64,000 nt of DNA from Gemmatimonadales bacterium (GTDB taxonomy: Bacteria > Gemmatimonadota > Gemmatimonadetes > Gemmatimonadales > GWC2-71-9): the NCBI GenBank assembly GCA_041615815.1, contig JBFJCP010000002.1, positions 64,001-128,000 of the forward strand. Reading direction: 5' to 3'. Position numbers and translations under genes: made by a program. Each line of letters starts with the position of its first letter. The stretch's first letter is position 1. Below the pieces are notes generated by a model. The model saw nothing but the letters and a program-made list of their open reading frames with translations. It was not told the origin of the DNA and did not search any database. Below are positions 10,407-17,395 of the stretch, in pieces.

Positions 10407-11098
10407 TTCTGGTGACAGGTCAAGCAGAGCGCGCTACCCGCATTGGACAGACGCAGGAACGGGCGGTTGGCGGCCGTGTGCGGATTATGGCACGTACCGC
10501 ATTGCACCTTGCCGTCCACGTCGAGCACGAGACCCGCCGAGGAGATCGACCCCGCGGAGTTGAACGCTGGGTCCTGCCCCGGGTCATAGAGCACCGAGAC
10601 GGGGTGATCGTCCCGCAAATCCGTACCGAGATTCGTCAACCGGCCGGCTGGCAACGTTGTGCCGACAGCCGCACCGCCGGTATAGGAGTTCGGCGTATTG
10701 GTGATGACATCGAGCCCCACCGTCCCATCATGACAGCTCAGGCAGGCCAGCGAGATCCCGGTGGGCTGTCCATCGACCGTCATGTCGATCGTCGAGCTGT
10801 GGGTCGCGTCGTACATCTGGTACGTGGCAGTCGAAAAACCCCGGTTCCATAGGGGAGCGCTCACATCCCCACCGTGCGGCGTGTGACAGTACACACATAC
10901 CTCGCCATAGTCTTGCAGGGCCCCCGCACCAAACGAGTCTGCCTGGGCCGCGAACGACAGGTTGTGCAGCGTCTCCACCACGGTCGTCCCGTTGGGATAC
11001 GCGCCGGGCGGCGTGACCTGAGCCAGCACGCTCGCGGGAAGTGCGAGCAGCGCCGCGACGGCCAGGCCCACATAGCTTCTCTTCACCCTCATGGTCAT
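10403..11098 (-). CDS. omcE: Tetraheme cytochrome c, OmcE-like
   Basis: Signal peptide; CVYCHTPH..PLWNR, SLACLSCHDG, LGTDLRDDHPVS, CGTCHNPH..PFLR, LCLTCHQK; motif order and length match Geobacter OmcE as recalled. Confidence 0.8.
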   Translation of the reverse strand: MTMRVKRSYVGLAVAALLALPASVLAQVTPPGAYPNGTTVVETLHNLSFAAQADSFGAGALQDYGEVCVYCHTPHGGDVSAPLWNRGFSTATYQMYDATHSSTIDMTVDGQPTGISLACLSCHDGTVGLDVITNTPNSYTGGAAVGTTLPAGRLTNLGTDLRDDHPVSVLYDPGQDPAFNSAGSISSAGLVLDVDGKVQCGTCHNPHTAANRPFLRLSNAGSALCLTCHQK

Positions 11099-11170
11099 GC
11101 TCCTTTCAGCGATGGCGCTGATCGCCTCGCATCATCGACGCCGCAAAGCGCCGCATTGCCTTGTTGTCGT

Positions 11171-12403
11171 TCATGGCATGGTTGAACCGACCGGTGGCAA
11201 CAATACCGGCTCGGTAGCGGCGCTCTCCTCGGGCGCCTCCAAATACTCGAAGATCTGTACACGGGCGTTATAGCGGTCTGCGACGTAGATCCGGTCGCTC
11301 GCGTCGATGGCGATACCCATTGGGAGCCAGAATTCCCCCGGTCCGCTCCCAAAGCCGGCAAACCCGATGAGGAGACGCCCCTCCGAATCGAACACCTGCA
11401 CATTGTTGAACGCTGCATCCACCACGTAGACGTGCCCGTTGGAGTCTACGGACAGCCCTTTGGGTCGTGCGAATGCCCCGGGCGTGTCGCCCAGTCTGCC
11501 AAACTGCCGTTGAAACTCGCCCTGCGCATCGAACACCTGAACGCGGAAATTCATCGCGTCACAGACGTACATTGTCCCGTCCGGCGCCACCGCAACCGAT
11601 ACGGGGAAGAGAAACTCGCCCACACCATGGCCTCGGTTCTCCAGCATGTCGCGAGGTCCCGTCCGGAGCCGATGGGACGTGGGCTGCGCGGTCGCCCGAG
11701 CCGCAGCTTGCTGGTCTCTGGCCACGATATCACCCCGATCCCGGCCTACGCGTCGGACCAGGTTTCCATCCTGATCGAAGACCACAATCTGATGGAGGTA
11801 GCTATCGGCCACGTAGATGTGACCCGCGACGGGATCAACCGCCACGTCCACCGGATTCAGCAGAAGGGTCGGCCCGCCGAACGCGCGTACGAATTCCCCC
11901 GTCGGTCCGAACACCACCACGCGGCGACTCGTTGCGTCGGTGACATACACGTGGCCACGGCGATCGCCGCCCAGACCCATCGGTTTGATGAGTCGTCCTT
12001 GACCGGACCCGCCGAACACCTCGGCCTGCTTGGTTGTGTGGTCGAACACGAGAAGTTGACGTGACGTTGCGTCGGTAACGTAGACGCGGGTGCTGTCCTC
12101 AGCGTAGACGTCGGACGGCCGAAGGATGGAGATGTAGGGATCATCCTGAGCTCCCGCCAATGCGCGAGAGACACGGCCAAAGAACGAGGGGCGCTTGCCA
12201 AGGTCTGCTTCGCTGTGCAAGAGACCGAGGTAACGGATTCGTGCCGCTTCCGGCGGCGCCGGCCACACGAGGTCCTCGAGGGGCGCAATGCCGGTCTGGA
12301 CGCCCGCTCCACCACAAGCAGCCACGCCGAGCACCACGAAACCGATGAGACCCGCCAACGCCGCTACGCGCCGCGACATTCGTGTTGCATCGGGGTGGGC
12401 CAT
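11171..12403 (-). CDS. NHL-repeat beta-propeller lipoprotein
   Basis: GGAGGT RBS; lipobox VAAC; WPAPPE motif; repeated P.GxxxD..G.xYV.D..N.RVQVFD units. Confidence 0.9.
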   Translation of the reverse strand: MAHPDATRMSRRVAALAGLIGFVVLGVAACGGAGVQTGIAPLEDLVWPAPPEAARIRYLGLLHSEADLGKRPSFFGRVSRALAGAQDDPYISILRPSDVYAEDSTRVYVTDATSRQLLVFDHTTKQAEVFGGSGQGRLIKPMGLGGDRRGHVYVTDATSRRVVVFGPTGEFVRAFGGPTLLLNPVDVAVDPVAGHIYVADSYLHQIVVFDQDGNLVRRVGRDRGDIVARDQQAAARATAQPTSHRLRTGPRDMLENRGHGVGEFLFPVSVAVAPDGTMYVCDAMNFRVQVFDAQGEFQRQFGRLGDTPGAFARPKGLSVDSNGHVYVVDAAFNNVQVFDSEGRLLIGFAGFGSGPGEFWLPMGIAIDASDRIYVADRYNARVQIFEYLEAPEESAATEPVLLPPVGSTMP

Positions 12404-12411
12404 GTTACCTC

Positions 12412-13167
12412 CTACCAAAAGTGAGCGGTCGTCTCGCCCGGGTCAGCGAGATGACAAGTCGAGCACAGGGCCTGCCCCCCGTTGCTCATTCGCAGGAACG
12501 GTGCAAACTGCTGCGTGTGCGGATCGTGACACGTCCCGCACTGCACCTTGCCGCCGTACAGTCGAAGACCCGCCGCCTCGACCGCGGCCACGGAATTGAA
12601 GTCCGGATCCAATGAGGGGTCGTACAGAATCGAAATGGGATGCTGTGTGCGGAGATCGTCGTCAAACCACACGTTTTCCCAATTGATCCCTCCGTCTGGG
12701 TTACCGCCGGTGTGACAGTCTGTGGCGCAGCGTTCGATCACTTCGCCCAACGGAGTCGTCGCCGTGAACAGGGGCGGCGGGTTCGCGATTTCGTCGAGGC
12801 CGATCGTGCCATCGTGGCACGAGAGACACAGGAGAGACACCTCCGTCGGCTGCGGATCGGCAATCATATCGATCGTATTGCTCTCGTACATTCGATATGG
12901 CGTGGCCGGCAACTGCCGGTTCCACAGGGGGCGATCGGGTCCCCCACCGTGCGGCGTATGGCAGTACACGCACGCACTCCCGTAGTCCAGAAACATCGTG
13001 GACATCGGCGGGACTTGCGCCGTCCGCGCGAGGTTGTGGACCGTCTCCACCACCGTGGTTCCGTTAGGCCATTGCGCTCGGCATGGCCGGACCGCCATCG
13101 ACGCCATGACGACGATCACGGCCGCACCGCCGAGCGTCTTGGCCCACCACGTGCGCGCATACCACAC
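12412..13167 (-). CDS. Second OmcE-like multiheme cytochrome (4 CxxCH plus one CxxxCH)
   Basis: CVYCH, CLSCH, CGTCH, CSTCH plus CATDCH; clear paralog of 10403-11098. Confidence 0.85.
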   Translation of the reverse strand: MWYARTWWAKTLGGAAVIVVMASMAVRPCRAQWPNGTTVVETVHNLARTAQVPPMSTMFLDYGSACVYCHTPHGGGPDRPLWNRQLPATPYRMYESNTIDMIADPQPTEVSLLCLSCHDGTIGLDEIANPPPLFTATTPLGEVIERCATDCHTGGNPDGGINWENVWFDDDLRTQHPISILYDPSLDPDFNSVAAVEAAGLRLYGGKVQCGTCHDPHTQQFAPFLRMSNGGQALCSTCHLADPGETTAHFW

Positions 13168-13173
13168 CTCCTA

Positions 13174-13620
13174 TCACGAACCTCCACCAACGGTGATCGT
13201 ACCCTTCATTCCCAACGTCTCGTGGGGCGTGCACACGTACTTGTGCACCCCATCCGTGAAGCGTGCGTCGATGACCACGTCATAGGTTTCGCCGGGTGCC
13301 GTGAGGTACGGTCCCATCTGCCGGTCGCCTAGCTGCGACTCCGCAGGAACCTCGCGGAACTCGACGTTGTGCGGCATGCTTCCCGTCTGTTCGAACCGCA
13401 CGGTATCGCCCGGGTGCACAGTGACGTCGGCAGGCTCGAACCGGTATTCGGTCGTCGAGACATCCACCATCTTCACGACGACGACTTGACCGCGCGAGGT
13501 CGCTGGCTCGCTGACCGACCAACCGGCCAGCAACATGCTCAGAATGCCCGCCGCCGCTGCGCCGGCGAGCACCCGTGATAGGCTTGGCGTTCTGGCAATG
13601 CTCATGAAGCGTCCAGACAT
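13174..13620 (-). CDS. Plastocyanin/azurin-family cupredoxin
   Basis: Signal/TM segment; PHNVEF...YVCTPHETLGMKG type-1 Cu ligands; purine-rich RBS before ATG 13620. Confidence 0.9.
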   Translation of the reverse strand: MSGRFMSIARTPSLSRVLAGAAAAGILSMLLAGWSVSEPATSRGQVVVVKMVDVSTTEYRFEPADVTVHPGDTVRFEQTGSMPHNVEFREVPAESQLGDRQMGPYLTAPGETYDVVIDARFTDGVHKYVCTPHETLGMKGTITVGGGS

Positions 13621-13876
13621 TGTTGGCTTCCCTCCCCTTCCGTCCGTGTAATGGTCGATGCCAGTCAAGGACGCACAGGTGCAGCAGTCTCCCAGAGACT
13701 CGCCGCTCCAGCATCCACTTGGGTCCACTGCTACCCCACGACGATCGGCATTCGTGACCGCCGCACGTGGGTTTTCAGGCAGGAAGTGGACCGCACTCGG
13801 GCTTGGGAAAAGGTTGAGCTAATCCTCTATGGGACAAAGGCCTACGAAGGGAGGCAGGGCGAAGGTATTCGTGAGT

Positions 13877-13916
13877 GTGTGACACTCGGGGTCACACTGT
13901 GCCCCAACGTGACGCA
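13877..13916. promoter_or_regulatory. Tandem inverted repeats, candidate enhancer (UAS) for the sigma54 activator
   Basis: GTGTGAC-N7-GTCACAC followed 20 bp later by TGTGCC-N7-GACGCA. Confidence 0.5.
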
Positions 13917-13938
13917 CGTTGGTGCTTCCGAAGCAGCG

Positions 13939-15372
13939 TCAGAACGCCATATCGAGGCGAAGCCAAACAGCGCGGGGTCGGCGACCGCCGAGAGTGGCGC
14001 TGTGTTGATCCTCAGTAAACAGTTCTGCTTCCAGGACACCCCGTACGTTTTGGCGAATGAGGAAAATCGCGCCCGGCATGATGCGCGTCTGGTCGAATCC
14101 CCCGACCGTGAAACCGTCGGCCCGTATGGACGCAGGAATCTCAGCGGAGAAAGTGTCCACCTTGAAGGAGCCCAACAGCCAGGGAAAGAACAGGTACTCC
14201 CCCTTCACGAAAAAGCTGGAGCTGCCAAGGTCACCATCGGCGTCGGCGCCCCACGGACGGTCGTGCTGTCCCCAGACATGTCCGAAACCGAGATCCACCG
14301 GTCCCCATAGCGCTCGAGCGGCGACGCCGAACGCGCGGTGATCGTCCTGACGATCTCCCGCCGCGGGCTGCGCGCCCAAATACCCGAAGTGTTCGAGCGT
14401 GAGCGATCGGTCCAGGAGTTGGCCACCGCCTCCCAGTAGCGGCCCCGTGTCGCCACGGTACCGACCATCGAGCCCGAGCCCGCCCAGCTTGTAGCGAACC
14501 TTGTAGTAGAAATCTTTCCGTCGATTATTGTCGGCTGTCGTTGCATTCGTGCCTTGGGCGACGCCAACAGCGTACGCCAAACGGCCACTCACCATTCCAT
14601 TCAGCTCGATAGACGGCTGTGACTGCCGCAGCTGGAATTCGTTGATTGATTGCAGGGTCGCGCCGCTGATCGGATCCTCGAGCTCGAGATCGGAGACGCG
14701 GTAGTCCTGCCAACGAAAGTTCTGTCGCGCCGCACGATCGATTTGTCGATCGGCGAACGTGAACAGGTACAAGTTTTGGACACCCACCCAGAGGTTGAGG
14801 GTTCGAGCCGGAAGCCACGGCAAGACATCCTGCACTTCCACCTTGGCCTGGAGAAGCTCGACCCCACCTTCTCGCGACCATTCCGATTCCAAGAACACAC
14901 TGATCTGCTCACCGAGTGTCGTTCCGGCGAGGAGATAGACTTCGTGAGGGAGGCGAAAGTCGAGCCGGGCATCGTCGGTAGCGTCACGAGTGAGCCCTAC
15001 GTCATTCTGGATACGCAAGGCTATCGGTGGCGTACCAGGCAACTCACCCGGCCAAATACCGCGGGGCCAGATGTCTTTCCATTCGTCCGATCCCAACGGC
15101 ACCGGTCGGTCACGGCGAAGCAGCGCGTCGTTGTCGGGAAACCGGTAGCCATTGAGGCGGAACGCTTCACCGAGCACGTTCAGTTTGGGCGCCGCCGTAT
15201 GGCACGTGGTGCAGCTCGTGCGATATTTACGTGCGAACGCGGGGATGCGGTCGCTCGGCTGGCTCACTCGTGGATTCGCCGCGCTCAACGTCACGACTAG
15301 CAGGCCGGCAGTCATGCCCCAAACCGGTACGGACGTGTAACGGGCCGCGCGGTGTGATCGTGATCGATCCAT
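13939..15372 (-). CDS. cyc2: Cyc2-like monoheme cytochrome-porin fusion
   Basis: IPAFARKY-x3-CTTCH-x3-PKLN..GEAFRLNGY N-terminus, then beta-strand-rich body ending in Phe. Confidence 0.7.
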   Translation of the reverse strand: MDRSRSHRAARYTSVPVWGMTAGLLVVTLSAANPRVSQPSDRIPAFARKYRTSCTTCHTAAPKLNVLGEAFRLNGYRFPDNDALLRRDRPVPLGSDEWKDIWPRGIWPGELPGTPPIALRIQNDVGLTRDATDDARLDFRLPHEVYLLAGTTLGEQISVFLESEWSREGGVELLQAKVEVQDVLPWLPARTLNLWVGVQNLYLFTFADRQIDRAARQNFRWQDYRVSDLELEDPISGATLQSINEFQLRQSQPSIELNGMVSGRLAYAVGVAQGTNATTADNNRRKDFYYKVRYKLGGLGLDGRYRGDTGPLLGGGGQLLDRSLTLEHFGYLGAQPAAGDRQDDHRAFGVAARALWGPVDLGFGHVWGQHDRPWGADADGDLGSSSFFVKGEYLFFPWLLGSFKVDTFSAEIPASIRADGFTVGGFDQTRIMPGAIFLIRQNVRGVLEAELFTEDQHSATLGGRRPRAVWLRLDMAF

Positions 15373-15408
15373 CGACGGTTCTCTCCCAGCCAGCAGTTGG
15401 CCGCCGGC

Positions 15409-16005
15409 CTACTTGGGTCTCAAGTCCAGCTGCAAGATCAGGTTACCGTCTCGCGGAACGGAGATCGGCTGTTCGAATGATCGCAGCCGCCGGTGCCACA
15501 CCCGCAGCGTGTAGGCCCCTGGCGGCACACTGTCGATGCGGAACGACCCGTCCGGGGACACGACGGCATGGTGCGGCGTCGGGACCACCAGGACGTGGGC
15601 AACCATCTCGGGGTGGACGTGACAGAGAATCACGTGCGGCCCAATACCCATAAAGCGGTGTGTTCGGGATTGGCTGCGGGGGTACGTGCCGAGATTGAAA
15701 GGGCTAGGAAGGCGGGTCGGGCTGAACACATTGTGCAGCACGGGATCGGAATTCCGAAACTCGACCACGGTTCCCGGGACCACAACCTGGACGGTGGGCC
15801 GGAACCGCAGGCCTCTTTGGTCGATCAAGAGCGGAGTGTCCGGCACCGCATATGTCGTGTCGCGCGCAGCTTCCAAATACACGACAGCATCCGTTACCGG
15901 GACACTCGGCGCCTGCACGATTCCCTCGACCGATCCGAGTCCGCCATCGTTCGGACCCACGGAGACGCACAGGAGCGCTCCGACCGCGACCGCGCGCCTA
16001 CGCAT
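15409..16005 (-). CDS. Exported cupredoxin / carboxypeptidase-regulatory-like domain protein
   Basis: NSDPVLHNVFS...CHVHPEM Cu-type ligands; GSFRIDSVPPGAYTLRVWH. Confidence 0.8.
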   Translation of the reverse strand: MRRRAVAVGALLCVSVGPNDGGLGSVEGIVQAPSVPVTDAVVYLEAARDTTYAVPDTPLLIDQRGLRFRPTVQVVVPGTVVEFRNSDPVLHNVFSPTRLPSPFNLGTYPRSQSRTHRFMGIGPHVILCHVHPEMVAHVLVVPTPHHAVVSPDGSFRIDSVPPGAYTLRVWHRRLRSFEQPISVPRDGNLILQLDLRPK

Positions 16006-17395
16006 CGTCGGTTCCTCCACCCTTTCCGTCATCCCCTTCAAGCCAGCGATGGACTGTTCTTCGGCTCACCCCAGCGACTCGCGCGGCCTGCGAGACGTTC
16101 CCACCCGTATGCTCCAGAAGGTGTCGCACGTACCGACCTTGAAAAATCCTCACCGCCTGCGCACGCGCCTCGTCATAGGGACGCGGTGGTGCATCGAGGG
16201 TGTCGGCAAGCATCCGGCTTCCCGGACGAAGGGCTTCCGGGAGATCGGCCAGCGTGATGCGACCGTCACTGTCGAGCACGATGAGCCGCTCAGCGAGATT
16301 GCGAAGCTCACGGACGTTCCCCGGCCAGCGGTGAGCTTCGAGTGCATCCCACACTTCGGGTGATACCAGCGGTGGTTCCTTCCCAAGTTCCGCGGCGGAT
16401 TGGACGAGGAACTTCTGAGCCAACATGACTATATCCCCACCGCGCTCCCTGAGTGGCGGTAGCCGAAGCGGAACGACGTTCAGCCGGTAATAAAGGTCCT
16501 CCCGGAATCGTCCCGCCGCTACCGCTGCCTCAAGGTCGGTGCTGGTGGCGGCGACCAATCGAATATCGATGTCGATCAGAGCCGAACTCCCCAAACGGCG
16601 GATCTCCCGTTCTTCGAGCGCTCGCAGCAGTTTGGATTGGAGACCGAGCGTGAGCTCGGCGAATTCGTCGAGGAAAACGGTTCCACCATTACCCTCTTCC
16701 AACAGACCGGTCTTGCGGCCAACGGCCCCCGTGAACGCTCCACGTTCATACCCGAACAGTTCGCTCTCCATCAGGCCCTCGGGCAAGGCTGCACAATCCA
16801 CCGGGACGAACGGCGATTCCCGCCGGGTACCGTGTGTGTGGAGATAGCGTGCAATCAGTTCCTTCCCCGTGCCACTCTCACCGGATAGCAAGACATTGGC
16901 ATCGGTCGGAGCAACTTTGCGGACCTGATCCATGAGGGTCTGAAATGCTGCGCTCGATCCCACGATCTCATCCACGCGACTGCCCCGTGCTATCTGTTCC
17001 CGCAGAGCGAGGTTTTCGATGGCGAGCCCGCGATGCCGAATGGCCCGCTGGACGGCCACCTCCAACTGATCTCCGGAAAACGGTTTAGTGATGTAGTCGA
17101 AGGCACCCTCGCGTATGGCGGAGACGGCGGATGCCACGGACCCAAACGCCGTCATGATGATGACCGCAACCGTCGGATCGTCCGCCAGGGCAGCGGTCAG
17201 CACCGTCATCCCGTCCACATCGGGCATCCGGAGATCGAGTAGCAGAACATCGGGCTGATAGTCTCGCAACACCTCCCGTACCCGGGCCGCGTCCGAAAGA
17301 GTTCGACACCGGTGCCCGTGACGGGCCAGCAGACGCTCGCAGTTCTCGAGCATCGCGGGCTCATCATCCACGATCAGGACTCGCGCTCGGTCCAT
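15998..17395 (-). CDS. Sigma54-dependent response regulator (NtrC/AtoC family)
   Basis: REC domain (VLIVDDE, DLRMP), GESGTGKE, GAFTGA, C-terminal Fis-type HTH. Confidence 0.95.
   Translation of the reverse strand: MDRARVLIVDDEPAMLENCERLLARHGHRCRTLSDAARVREVLRDYQPDVLLLDLRMPDVDGMTVLTAALADDPTVAVIIMTAFGSVASAVSAIREGAFDYITKPFSGDQLEVAVQRAIRHRGLAIENLALREQIARGSRVDEIVGSSAAFQTLMDQVRKVAPTDANVLLSGESGTGKELIARYLHTHGTRRESPFVPVDCAALPEGLMESELFGYERGAFTGAVGRKTGLLEEGNGGTVFLDEFAELTLGLQSKLLRALEEREIRRLGSSALIDIDIRLVAATSTDLEAAVAAGRFREDLYYRLNVVPLRLPPLRERGGDIVMLAQKFLVQSAAELGKEPPLVSPEVWDALEAHRWPGNVRELRNLAERLIVLDSDGRITLADLPEALRPGSRMLADTLDAPPRPYDEARAQAVRIFQGRYVRHLLEHTGGNVSQAARVAGVSRRTVHRWLEGDDGKGGGTDDA

Noticed and set aside
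13646..13664. TGGCA-containing sequence before the cupredoxin as a sigma54 promoter
   Set aside because: No GC at the -12 position and too close to the RBS
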